Assembly: GCA_963847445.1 (NCBI GenBank)
Contig: CAWJZV010000034.1
Span: forward strand, 288,001-352,000
Origin: an uncultured delta proteobacterium
GTDB taxonomy: Bacteria > Desulfobacterota > Binatia > UBA9968
Direction: 5' to 3'
DNA: 64,000 nt
Part shown: positions 54,237-64,000 of the stretch, piece after piece
Numbering within the stretch: the first letter of the stretch is position 1
Layout of the letters: every line of letters starts with the position of its first letter
Notes under the pieces: model-generated
Databases searched by the model: none
What the model was told of the DNA's origin: nothing
Seen by the model: only the letters and a program-made list of their open reading frames with translations
Translations under genes and position numbers: made by a program

Positions 54237-56333
54237 ATGGCTAGAACCGTTTCACTAGAGAAGACCCGCAATATCGGCATCATGGCCCACATCGATGCCG
54301 GTAAGACCACGACCACGGAGCGGATCCTCTACTACACAGGGATCAATTATAAGATCGGTGAAGTGCATGAGGGTACCGCGACGATGGACTGGATGGTCCA
54401 GGAACAAGAGCGCGGCATCACGATTACTTCGGCGGCGACCACCTGTTTCTGGCGCGACCACCGGGTCAACATCATCGATACGCCGGGCCATGTGGATTTC
54501 ACCATCGAAGTCGAACGTTCGTTACGCGTGCTTGACGGCGCGGTGGCGGTGTTCTGTTCGGTGGGCGGTGTCGAACCACAGACGGAAACCGTTTGGCGCC
54601 AGGCTGATAAGTATGGTGTTCCACGGCTCGCGTTCATCAACAAGATGGACCGCCTCGGTGCCGATTTCTTCCGTGTCGTGAAGATGATCGAGACCCGGCT
54701 AGGCGCTCGCCCGGCGGTCATGCAGCTGCCCATCGGTGCCGAAGATAAATTTACCGGTATCATCGATTTGATCACCATGAAAGCGGTGATCTGGGAAGAT
54801 GAGAGTTTGGGCGCAAAGTTTCATGAAGAGGAGATTCCCGCCGATCTCAAGGAACAGGCTGAGGAATATCGTGAAAAACTGCTAGAGGCAGCCGCCGACG
54901 CCGAAGAAGCGTTGATGGAAAAATATCTCGACGGCAAACCGATCAGCGAAGCCGAGCTGCGCGCGGCGATTCGCAAGGCGACACTCTCTCTCAAGATAGT
55001 TCCGGTAGTCTGCGGTACTGCGTTCCGCAACAAGGGTGTCCAGCCGATGCTTGACGCGGTGGTGGACTTTCTCCCGTCGCCTGTCGACATCCCCCCGGTC
55101 AAAGGCGTTGTTGCCGGTACCGACAAGCCGGAGGAACGACCGGCCCGGGACGATGTGCCGTTTTCCGCGTTGGCTTTTAAAATCATGACCGACCCGTTCG
55201 TCGGTACATTGACGTTTTTCCGGGTCTATTCGGGCTCCATCAGTTCCGGGGCGAGCATTTATAACTCGACGAAAACTAAACGTGAGCGAGTCGGCCGGCT
55301 GCTCAAGATGCACGCCAACAAGCGGGAAGAGATCAAAGACGTCTACGCTGGGGATATCGCCGCGGCAGTGGGCCTAAGAACCGCGACCACTGGCGACACC
55401 CTATGCGATGAAGACAAGCCGATCGTTCTTGAGTCCATCGATTTCCCGGATCCGGTCATATCGATTGCCATCGAACCCAAGAGTAAAGCCGACCAAGAAC
55501 GGCTCGGCCTGTCGTTGCAGAAACTGGCCACCGAGGATCCGTCTTTCCGGGTGCGCACTGACGAAGAGACCGGCCAAACAATTATTTCCGGCATGGGCGA
55601 GTTACATCTCGAAATTATCGTCGATCGTTTGCTCCGTGAATTCAGCGTCGGCGCCAGCGTGGGCAAGCCTCAAGTTGCTTATCGTGAGACGGTTCGTAAG
55701 GCGGTCGAGCAGCAGGGCCGTTTCGTGCGCCAGACGGGTGGTCGCGGTCAGTACGGCGATGTCTGGATCAAGCTCGAACCGCAAGCCACCGGCGGCGGTT
55801 TTGAGTTCGTCGATGCCGTCAAGGGTGGATCGATCCCGCGCGAATATATCCCTGCGGTTGAGAAGGGCATTCGCGAGGCGCTCGATAATGGGGTGCTCGC
55901 CGGTTATCCCGTCGTCGACGTTAAAGTAACCCTGTTCGATGGCAGTTATCATGACGTCGACTCATCGGAAATCGCCTTCAAAATCGCTGGTTCGATGGCT
56001 TTCAAGCAGGCAGCGCGTAAGGCTAGTCCGGTGCTCCTCGAGCCGATTATGTCGGTGGAAGTCGTTGTTCCAGAAGATTTCATGGGTGATGTCATCGGCG
56101 ATTTGAGCTCGCGGCGCGGTAAAGTGCTCGGTATGGATACCCGGCCGGCGGCGCAGGCGATCGACGCGCGGGTGCCGCTGGCGCAGATGTTCGGTTACGC
56201 TACGGACGTGCGTTCGATGACTCAAGGGCGGGCGACTTACACGATGCAGTTTTCCCATTATGAACCTGTTCCCGCGGCGGTTGCTGAGGGCATTATCGCC
56301 AAATTTGATGGCAAGTCGGATGATGACGTATGA
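54237..56333 (+). CDS. fusA: Elongation factor G
   Basis: [17 protein letters not shown]. Confidence 0.99.
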   Translation: MARTVSLEKTRNIGIMAHIDAGKTTTTERILYYTGINYKIGEVHEGTATMDWMVQEQERGITITSAATTCFWRDHRVNIIDTPGHVDFTIEVERSLRVLDGAVAVFCSVGGVEPQTETVWRQADKYGVPRLAFINKMDRLGADFFRVVKMIETRLGARPAVMQLPIGAEDKFTGIIDLITMKAVIWEDESLGAKFHEEEIPADLKEQAEEYREKLLEAAADAEEALMEKYLDGKPISEAELRAAIRKATLSLKIVPVVCGTAFRNKGVQPMLDAVVDFLPSPVDIPPVKGVVAGTDKPEERPARDDVPFSALAFKIMTDPFVGTLTFFRVYSGSISSGASIYNSTKTKRERVGRLLKMHANKREEIKDVYAGDIAAAVGLRTATTGDTLCDEDKPIVLESIDFPDPVISIAIEPKSKADQERLGLSLQKLATEDPSFRVRTDEETGQTIISGMGELHLEIIVDRLLREFSVGASVGKPQVAYRETVRKAVEQQGRFVRQTGGRGQYGDVWIKLEPQATGGGFEFVDAVKGGSIPREYIPAVEKGIREALDNGVLAGYPVVDVKVTLFDGSYHDVDSSEIAFKIAGSMAFKQAARKASPVLLEPIMSVEVVVPEDFMGDVIGDLSSRRGKVLGMDTRPAAQAIDARVPLAQMFGYATDVRSMTQGRATYTMQFSHYEPVPAAVAEGIIAKFDGKSDDDV

Positions 56334-56638
56334 ACGAGAAAATTAGAATTCGGCTGAAGGCCTATGACCACCGCGTGTTGGATCAATCGGTGGGAGAGAT
56401 TGTCGAAACCGTGCGGCGCACCGGCGGCCGGGTTGCGGGACCGATTCCGCTACCCACACGGATTGAGCGGTTCACGGTCAACCGTTCGCCCCATGTCGAC
56501 AAGAAATCACGGGATCAGTACGAAATCCGTACGCACAAGCGCTTGCTCGATATCCTCGAGCCGACTCAACAAACCATCGACGCGTTGGGTAAACTCGATA
56601 TCGCCGCGGGTGTGGATGTGGAGATCAAACTCCAGTAA
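56330..56638 (+). CDS. rpsJ: 30S ribosomal protein S10
   Basis: [18 protein letters not shown]. Confidence 0.99.
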   Translation: MNEKIRIRLKAYDHRVLDQSVGEIVETVRRTGGRVAGPIPLPTRIERFTVNRSPHVDKKSRDQYEIRTHKRLLDILEPTQQTIDALGKLDIAAGVDVEIKLQ

Positions 56639-56685
56639 CCAATAGACAAGATCCGGACTAATCGGGCGTGGATGGGAATGAGATC

Positions 56686-57318
56686 ATGACTGGGCTAATT
56701 GGCAGAAAAATTGGTATGACACAGTTCTACAGTGCCGAAGGCAACGTAGTTCCTGTGACTGTTGTGGAGACCGGACCCTGCATCGTCGTCCAAAAGAAAG
56801 AACCGTCCAAGGATGGATACACCGCGTTGCAGGTTGGCTTTGGCAGCAGGAAGGCCCAACGCGTCAACAAAGCCGAGCAGGGCCACATGGCGAAGGCTGG
56901 CAAGGGTGCCTTCGAGGTGCTGCGCGAATTTCGCCTTGACGATGTTTCCGGCTATGAAGTTGGGCAGGAAATTAAGGCTGCCGATCTGTTCAAAGTTGGC
57001 GATCTGATCGATGTCGCGGGTATCTCTAAGGGACATGGTTTCACCGGCGTCATCAAGCGCTGGTCCTTTGCCGGTTTCCCAGGTTCCCATGGTACCCACG
57101 AGTACTTTCGTCATGGCGGCTCCATCGGTAACCGTTCTTATCCGGGCCGTGTTCGTAAAGGCAAAAAGATGGCCGGCCATTGGGGCAATGAGCAGATCGC
57201 CACACAGAATCTCTTGGTCGTCGATATCCGTGCCGAGGAAAATTTAATGTTTGTGCGCGGCGCGGTTCCCGGCGCTAAACAGGGAGTGGTGATCTTGCGG
57301 CCGGCAATCAAAAGGTAA
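56686..57318 (+). CDS. rplC: 50S ribosomal protein L3
   Basis: GRKIGMTQ, KGKKMAGH. Confidence 0.98.
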   Translation: MTGLIGRKIGMTQFYSAEGNVVPVTVVETGPCIVVQKKEPSKDGYTALQVGFGSRKAQRVNKAEQGHMAKAGKGAFEVLREFRLDDVSGYEVGQEIKAADLFKVGDLIDVAGISKGHGFTGVIKRWSFAGFPGSHGTHEYFRHGGSIGNRSYPGRVRKGKKMAGHWGNEQIATQNLLVVDIRAEENLMFVRGAVPGAKQGVVILRPAIKR

Positions 57319-57324
57319 TTAAAA

Positions 57325-57921
57325 ATGGAAGTCCACGTTATCCAACCAACCCTCAACGACGCGATTTTCGGCGCCAAAACCCGCCCCCATTTACTGCATC
57401 AAACCGTGGTCATGCAGTTGGCCAATCGGCGCGCCGGTTCGGCTGCGACAAAGACCAAAGGGCTGGTCCGTGGCGGCGGTAAGAAACCTTGGCGGCAAAA
57501 AGGTACGGGCCGCGCCCGTGCCGGTAGTTCCCGGTCACCGATTTGGGTGGGTGGCGGCACCGCGTTCGGTCCGACACCGCGCGATTACTCTTATCGTATG
57601 CCCCGTTCGGCGCGGCGCGAAGCGCTGTTGTCGGCATTGAGTCTCAAGAATCGCGAAGGCAAGCTCATCGTCGTCGATAAGTTTGAGCTCGAAGCCGCCA
57701 AGACCAAAATTATGGTGCAGGCGTTGGCCGAACTTAAAGTTGCCAGCGCGGTGATTGTCGTGGCGCAACCGGATGAAAAGATCGAACGCTCGGCACGAAA
57801 CATACCTAAGATCAAAGTGCTGCGCGTCGAGGGCTTGAATGTTTACGATTTGATGCGCTATGAGCACCTGATTTTGACCGATGGAGCGCTCAAACTTTTG
57901 CAAGAAAGGTTGGCGGCATGA
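57325..57921 (+). CDS. rplD: 50S ribosomal protein L4
   Basis: KPWRQKGTGRAR. Confidence 0.98.
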   Translation: MEVHVIQPTLNDAIFGAKTRPHLLHQTVVMQLANRRAGSAATKTKGLVRGGGKKPWRQKGTGRARAGSSRSPIWVGGGTAFGPTPRDYSYRMPRSARREALLSALSLKNREGKLIVVDKFELEAAKTKIMVQALAELKVASAVIVVAQPDEKIERSARNIPKIKVLRVEGLNVYDLMRYEHLILTDGALKLLQERLAA

Positions 57922-58208
57922 AGGCGCCACATGAAATCATTAAAGCGCCGCTGATCTCGGAAAAGGGTACGGCACTGACGGAAAGCGCGAATCAGGTATT
58001 GTTCAAGGTTCGCACCAATGCCAACAAGATCGAGGTCAAGCAGGCCGTGGAGCAGATGTTCAAAGTCAAAGTCGAGCAAGTACGCATGGCCCGTTATCTC
58101 GGCAAGGTGCGTCGCATCGGCCGTAGCCAGGGACGCCGACCGGATTGGAAAAAGGCTTACGTAACTCTCAAGAAAGGCGACAAAATCGATTTTTTTGGCG
58201 CCGCCTAA
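57918..58208 (+). CDS. rplW: 50S ribosomal protein L23
   Basis: PLISEK, WKKAYVTL. Confidence 0.98.
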   Translation: MKAPHEIIKAPLISEKGTALTESANQVLFKVRTNANKIEVKQAVEQMFKVKVEQVRMARYLGKVRRIGRSQGRRPDWKKAYVTLKKGDKIDFFGAA

Positions 58209-58240
58209 AGTGTCAGCATTAGGAATTAGAGAAGAACAAC

Positions 58241-59068
58241 ATGGCGATTAGAACTTACCGGCCAACTTCCGCGGGCATGCGTTTTCGCACCGGCCACACC
58301 TTCGATGAGGTGACCAAGGCGCGGCCGGAAAAAGCACTAGTGGAGCCCAACAACCATAGCGGCGGGCGCAACAATACCGGGCGGATAACCGCTTTCCATC
58401 GCGGTGGCGGTCATAAGCGGCTTTATCGTTTGATCGATTTCAAACGCAACAAGCTTAAAGTTCCGGCTAAGGTCGAGGCCATTGAATATGATCCCAATCG
58501 ATCCGCGCGTATCGCCCTACTCTGCTACGCTGACGGCGAGCGGCGCTACATCCTAGCGCCGGAAAAGCTCCAGGTCGGTTCCACGGTGATTGCTGGCGAT
58601 GACAACATCGATATCCAACCGGGCAACTCTATGCCGCTTAAGTTCATTCCGGTGGGCACGCTGCTCCATAATATTGAACTTAAAATCGGCAAGGGTGGGC
58701 AGCTGGTGCGCAGCGCCGGTTTGGGCGCGCAGCTGATGGCCAAGGAAGGCACTTATGCCCTGCTCAAGCTGCCTTCTGGCGAGTTACGCTACGTGTTAGC
58801 CGAATGCCGCGCGACGGTGGGACAAGTTGGCAATGCCGAACAGGAAAATGTCTCCTGGGGTAAGGCGGGCCGGATGCGCTGGTTGGGCTTTTTACCGGGA
58901 AGCCGTGGTATCGCGAAAAACCCCGTCGATCATCCCCACGGCGGCGGCGAAGGCCGGTCCAAGGGTAATCATCCTATGACGCCTTGGGGAAAACCGACCA
59001 AGGGTTATAAGACGCGGAAAAATCAAGCCACGGATAAGTATATCGTGGCACGGAGAAAAGGTAGGTAG
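58241..59068 (+). CDS. rplB: 50S ribosomal protein L2
   Basis: [20 protein letters not shown]. Confidence 0.99.
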   Translation: MAIRTYRPTSAGMRFRTGHTFDEVTKARPEKALVEPNNHSGGRNNTGRITAFHRGGGHKRLYRLIDFKRNKLKVPAKVEAIEYDPNRSARIALLCYADGERRYILAPEKLQVGSTVIAGDDNIDIQPGNSMPLKFIPVGTLLHNIELKIGKGGQLVRSAGLGAQLMAKEGTYALLKLPSGELRYVLAECRATVGQVGNAEQENVSWGKAGRMRWLGFLPGSRGIAKNPVDHPHGGGEGRSKGNHPMTPWGKPTKGYKTRKNQATDKYIVARRKGR

Positions 59069-59070
59069 CG

Positions 59071-59388
59071 ATGGCCCGTTCGGTTAAAAAAGGACCTTTC
59101 ATCGACGACCATTTGCAGAAGAAGGTCACGGCGATGGCGGAGACCCGCGGTCGCCAGGTGATTCGTACCTGGTCGCGCCGTTCGACGGTGACCCCGGAGA
59201 TGGTCGGTCTCACCATCGGCGTGCACAATGGCCGGAAGTTCATTCCGGTGTTTGTCAGTGAAAATATGGTCGGCCACAAACTCGGTGAGTTCTCGCCGAC
59301 GCGGACATTCTACGCGCATTCAGGGGATCGCAAGAGTGATGCTAAGGACACCGGTGGTGCGCCCCGGGCCGCGCCGGCAAAGAGTTAA
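59071..59388 (+). CDS. rpsS: 30S ribosomal protein S19
   Basis: [16 protein letters not shown]. Confidence 0.99.
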   Translation: MARSVKKGPFIDDHLQKKVTAMAETRGRQVIRTWSRRSTVTPEMVGLTIGVHNGRKFIPVFVSENMVGHKLGEFSPTRTFYAHSGDRKSDAKDTGGAPRAAPAKS

Positions 59389-59425
59389 GGCAAGCCATAA
59401 CCGATTAGGAACGATTGACGAAGTC

Positions 59426-59770
59426 ATGGAAACACGCGCGATCACAAAATTTATCCGGGTCTCACCGCGCAAGGTGCGTTTGGTGGTAGACCAAATTCGC
59501 GGCAAGGGTGTCGAGGAAGCGCTCAATATTCTCAAGTTCATTCCCAAGCGCTCCGCCGGGATCGTCGCCAAAACCGTGCGGACGGCGGTCGCCAACGCGG
59601 AAAATACCCAGAGCGTCGATGTCGACCGGTTGTTCGTTAAACAAGCGAAAGTCGATGAGGCTGGCATGTGGAAGCGCTTTACCTCCCGTGCCCAAGGACG
59701 TGCGACGCGCGTTCGTAAGCGGCTAAGCCATGTGACGATTATCCTCGATGAATCCGAGGGGAGGAGTTAA
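59426..59770 (+). CDS. rplV: 50S ribosomal protein L22
   Basis: SPRKVRLV, AVANA, RAQGRA. Confidence 0.98.
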   Translation: METRAITKFIRVSPRKVRLVVDQIRGKGVEEALNILKFIPKRSAGIVAKTVRTAVANAENTQSVDVDRLFVKQAKVDEAGMWKRFTSRAQGRATRVRKRLSHVTIILDESEGRS

Positions 59771-59776
59771 CTTTCG

Positions 59777-60439
59777 ATGGGTCAAAAAACACATCCGAAA
59801 TTGTTTCGCCTAGGTGTCATCGAGACCTGGGACTCTAAATGGTTTGCCCGCCATGACTATCCCAAGCTCTTACACGAAGATTTCCGGATCAAGAAATTTT
59901 TAAAAACCCGGCTCTATCATGCCGGCATCTCTCGCATCGAAATAGAACGGGCGGCGAACAAGGCTAAGATCAACATTCACACCGCGCGTCCCGGTATCGT
60001 CATCGGTAAGAAGGGCGCCGAGATCGAAAAGCTCAAGGAAGAAATCACCAAGCTCACCCATCGTGAGACCTATATCAACATTCACGAAGTGCGCCGGCCG
60101 GACTTGGACGCGCAATTGACTTCGGAAAATGTCGCATTGCAGCTCGAGCGTCGCGTCGCCTTCCGGCGCGCCATGAAGGAAAGTGTCTCCCGGGCGTTGC
60201 GCATGGGCGCCCAGGGCGTAAGAATTCAGTGCGCCGGCCGCTTGGGCGGTTCTGAAATCGCCCGTACGGAATGGTATCGCGAAGGCCGTGTGCCACTGCA
60301 TACCCTGCGCGCCGACGTCAACTATGGTACTGCCGAAGCGCATACGACTTACGGCATAATCGGCGTCAAAGTTTGGATCTTCCGTGGTGAGGTATTGACT
60401 GCGGAAGAAGAGCAGCAGAAAGCGATGATGGGCGGTTGA
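59777..60439 (+). CDS. rpsC: 30S ribosomal protein S3
   Basis: [17 protein letters not shown]. Confidence 0.99.
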   Translation: MGQKTHPKLFRLGVIETWDSKWFARHDYPKLLHEDFRIKKFLKTRLYHAGISRIEIERAANKAKINIHTARPGIVIGKKGAEIEKLKEEITKLTHRETYINIHEVRRPDLDAQLTSENVALQLERRVAFRRAMKESVSRALRMGAQGVRIQCAGRLGGSEIARTEWYREGRVPLHTLRADVNYGTAEAHTTYGIIGVKVWIFRGEVLTAEEEQQKAMMGG

Positions 60440-60492
60440 TTCAGCGGAGCGATTGATTGCGCTCGAATTACTAATTCAACTCGACTAAGAAA

Positions 60493-60918
60493 ATGCTTGA
60501 ACCGAAAAAAGTAAAATTTCGCAAACTGCAAAAGGGTCGCCGCCGCGGTACGGCGCACCGAGGTTCCACACTCGCCTTCGGCGATTATGGGCTGAAGGCG
60601 CTGGGGCGAGGATGGATGAGCGCGCGAGAAATCGAAGCGGCACGTGTCGCATTGACGCGTTATCTGAAGCGCGGTGGCAAGGTTTGGATTCGCATCTTTC
60701 CAGATAAGCCCTTGACCAAGAAACCCCTGGAAACCCGCATGGGTAAGGGTAAGGGCGCGACCGAGAAATGGGTCGCCGTGGTCCAACCAGGACGGATCTT
60801 ATTCGAGATGGAAGGGGTCGAAGCCGTGCTTGCCAAGGAAGCATTTCGCTTGGCGGCGCATAAGCTGTCGATTGCCACCACGATGGTCGAACGCAGAGGA
60901 TTAGTCCATGGAAGCTAA
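60493..60918 (+). CDS. rplP: 50S ribosomal protein L16
   Basis: RIFPDKP, RMGKGKG. Confidence 0.99.
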   Translation: MLEPKKVKFRKLQKGRRRGTAHRGSTLAFGDYGLKALGRGWMSAREIEAARVALTRYLKRGGKVWIRIFPDKPLTKKPLETRMGKGKGATEKWVAVVQPGRILFEMEGVEAVLAKEAFRLAAHKLSIATTMVERRGLVHGS

Positions 60919-61111
60919 AGAACTGCGCGGCATGAGCGCGGCAGATTTGCAAGAAAAGCTGGCGAGCTTGCGCGAAGAAATCGGCCATTTGGCGCTTAAG
61001 CGAGCGACCAGCCGGTTGGAGAATCCCATGAAGCTTAAAGAGACCAAAAGGGATCTTGCCCGGGTCGCAACCATTTTGCGCGAAAAGGCGCTCCAGAGTC
61101 AGGAAGGCTGA
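60908..61111 (+). CDS. rpmC: 50S ribosomal protein L29
   Basis: LENP...KRDLARV.T; synteny. Confidence 0.95.
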   Translation: MEAKELRGMSAADLQEKLASLREEIGHLALKRATSRLENPMKLKETKRDLARVATILREKALQSQEG

Positions 61112-61113
61112 GC

Positions 61114-61395
61114 ATGGAAGGCAGAGGATTACAAAAAGAGCGTAGCGGCGTGGTGGTCAGCGATAAAATGGCAAAGACCGTCGTGGTTTCTATCGAACGC
61201 ACGGTGATTCACCCGCGTTACAAGAAGATATTACGGCGCCGTTCGCGAGTGAAAGCTCACGACGAAACCAATCAGTGTCATGTCGGCGACCGGGTATTGC
61301 TGGTTGAATGCCGTCCGCTCAGTCGCGACAAACGCTGGCGTGTCAGCAAGGTTTTGGAAAAAACCAAATCGGGGCCCGAAATAGCCATCGGCTAA
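61114..61395 (+). CDS. rpsQ: 30S ribosomal protein S17
   Basis: VVSDKM.KT, ECRPLSR.KRW. Confidence 0.98.
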   Translation: MEGRGLQKERSGVVVSDKMAKTVVVSIERTVIHPRYKKILRRRSRVKAHDETNQCHVGDRVLLVECRPLSRDKRWRVSKVLEKTKSGPEIAIG

Positions 61396-61431
61396 CGACG
61401 TTTGGGCGATGAAAGTGAGTCGGACTGATCT

Positions 61432-61800
61432 ATGATTCAGACCAATTCTAATCTGGATGTGGCGGATAATTCGGGCGCGCGCCGAGTCCAGTGCATTAAA
61501 GTCTTGGGCGGTAGCAAGCGACGATATGCTTCCGTCGGCGATATTATCGTGGTCGCGGTGCAGGAAGCGATTCCCAACGGCAAGGTGAAAAAGGGCGATG
61601 TTGTGAAGGCTGTGGTGGTGCGGACCGCCAAGGAGCTGGGGCGGCCGGATGGAACCTACATCCGCTTCGACACGAACTCCGCGGTGTTGATCGACAATCA
61701 AAAAGAGCCGGTGGGGACGCGAATCTTCGGACCGGTGGCGCGTGAACTACGCGCCAAGAAATTCATGAAGATCATTTCTCTGGCGCCTGAAGTGCTTTAG
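61432..61800 (+). CDS. rplN: 50S ribosomal protein L14
   Basis: [19 protein letters not shown]. Confidence 0.99.
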   Translation: MIQTNSNLDVADNSGARRVQCIKVLGGSKRRYASVGDIIVVAVQEAIPNGKVKKGDVVKAVVVRTAKELGRPDGTYIRFDTNSAVLIDNQKEPVGTRIFGPVARELRAKKFMKIISLAPEVL

Positions 61801-61824
61801 CCAGAGATTGAGGAGAAATCGCTC

Positions 61825-62136
61825 GTGGAGATTCGTAAAAACGACAGCGTGATGGTGATTGCCGGCAAGGAACGGGGTAAGACCGGCAAAGTCCTGCGCG
61901 TACTGCCGGAGAAAAACGCGGTCATCATTGAGAGGATCAGCATCGTCAAACGGCATACCAAGCCACGCGGACCGCAGCAGAGCGGCGGTATCGTCGAGAA
62001 AGAAGCGGCGATCAACGTGTCTAACGTCATGATGATGTGCGACAAGTGCAACGCGCCGGTGCGCATCGGCCATAAAGATCTCACCGACGGCAAAAAAATC
62101 CGCATCTGCCGCCGTTGCAACGAAGCGCTCGATTAG
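61825..62136 (+). CDS. rplX: 50S ribosomal protein L24
   Basis: IAGKERGKTG KOW motif; GGIVEKEA. Confidence 0.98.
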   Translation: MEIRKNDSVMVIAGKERGKTGKVLRVLPEKNAVIIERISIVKRHTKPRGPQQSGGIVEKEAAINVSNVMMMCDKCNAPVRIGHKDLTDGKKIRICRRCNEALD

Positions 62137-62168
62137 TTTGCTAGACTAGTGGGACGATTGAAGTAACC

Positions 62169-62708
<540 letters not shown>

Positions 62709-62725
62709 CTTAGGGGGAAATTCCA

Positions 62726-62911
62726 TTGGCCAAGACTTGTCTAAGAATCAAAGCGGAACGACCGAACAAGTTCAAAGTGCGGGAATACAACCGTTGCCCG
62801 CTCTGCGGCCGTTCACGGGCATTTTATCGCCGTTTTCGCATGTGCCGGTTATGTCTGCGCGACAACGCGCGCAAGGGAAATATCCCCGGACTGATCAAGG
62901 CCAGTTGGTAG
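62726..62911 (+). CDS. rpsZ: 30S ribosomal protein S14 type Z
   Basis: RCPLCGR...CRLC; TTG start. Confidence 0.96.
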   Translation: MAKTCLRIKAERPNKFKVREYNRCPLCGRSRAFYRRFRMCRLCLRDNARKGNIPGLIKASW

Positions 62912-62926
62912 AGGCTGGAGTTTATT

Positions 62927-63331
62927 ATGGGAATGACCGATCCGATCGCGGATTTACTTACTCGGATTCGCAATGCTTCACGAGCGCGCCATCAAAAAGT
63001 GACGGTGCCCTATTCGCATCTAAAAGAAAACATCGTCAAGGTCTTGATCGATGAAGGCTATCTCAAGGACCAAAAAAAGGTCAAAGCCGCCATCGGTGGC
63101 GGCGATGAGATGATCATCACGCTAAAGTTCGACCGGGAAAGCCGGCCCATCATCCTCGGCATGAAGCGGGTCAGCAAGCCCGGCCGGCGGGTCTATGTCG
63201 GCTCCCAAGAGGCACCGCCGATCCGCAAGGGATTGGGTATCCATGTGCTCTCGACGCCCAAGGGTATCTTGGTCGATCGTGAAGCGATGCGCGCCAAGGT
63301 TGGCGGTGAATTGATCTGTACTGTTTGGTAA
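62927..63331 (+). CDS. rpsH: 30S ribosomal protein S8
   Basis: DPIADLLTRIRNA, SKPGRRVY. Confidence 0.99.
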   Translation: MGMTDPIADLLTRIRNASRARHQKVTVPYSHLKENIVKVLIDEGYLKDQKKVKAAIGGGDEMIITLKFDRESRPIILGMKRVSKPGRRVYVGSQEAPPIRKGLGIHVLSTPKGILVDREAMRAKVGGELICTVW

Positions 63332-63349
63332 GATTGATCGAGGTGTAAT

Positions 63350-63901
<552 letters not shown>

Positions 63902-63918
63902 TCTACCGAGGATTTGAG

Positions 63919-64000
63919 ATGTCGAGCAAGCGACTAGATATAGGCCGCCAGCGGCGTAAAGTTCGAGTACGTAAAAAGGTTCGCGGCACGGATCTCCGCC
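63919..64000 (+). CDS. rplR: 50S ribosomal protein L18 (5' part only)
   Basis: MSSKRLDIGRQRRKVRVRKKVRGT...; position after rplF. Confidence 0.85.
   Translation, partial: MSSKRLDIGRQRRKVRVRKKVRGTDLR

Overview
Bacterial chromosomal window, moderately GC-rich. Gene content suggests Deltaproteobacteria-like or Candidatus Binatia (inference, from tandem TctC/Bug and NMT1-type binding proteins and a GrdB/PrdB-like selenoprotein). About 1.8-12.7 kb is a nitrogen-assimilation island. It holds glnK-amtB-glnA, a class I glutamine amidotransferase, and a receiver-ANTAR antiterminator that lacks the phosphoacceptor Asp. It also has four sigma54 promoters, each preceded by a pair of related 17-bp boxes, and two ANTAR-type attenuators in front of an uncharacterised 64-aa/STAS/metallo-beta-lactamase-fold/ABC-binding-protein/USP run. 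A truncated nirA and an outer-membrane porin close the island. About 12.8-21 kb is accessory: ArnT-like glycosyltransferase, two TctC-like proteins, a subtilase with Calx-beta domains plus a stand-alone propeptide-like gene, and a UGA-readthrough UxxC selenoprotein with a SECIS-like hairpin. About 21.5-64 kb is core: yggS/yggT/yhaM/aldehyde dehydrogenase/rph/rdgB, 12 tRNAs, an IS1634-like remnant, tig-clpP-clpX-lon, rplM-rpsI, lptGF, rlmB, tuf-rpmG-secE-nusG-rplKAJL-rpoBC, rpsLG-fusA, and S10/spc ribosomal genes up to a partial rplR. Many single-base frameshifts in the first ~26 kb are probably sequencing errors. All family calls are from recognising motifs by eye; no database was searched.
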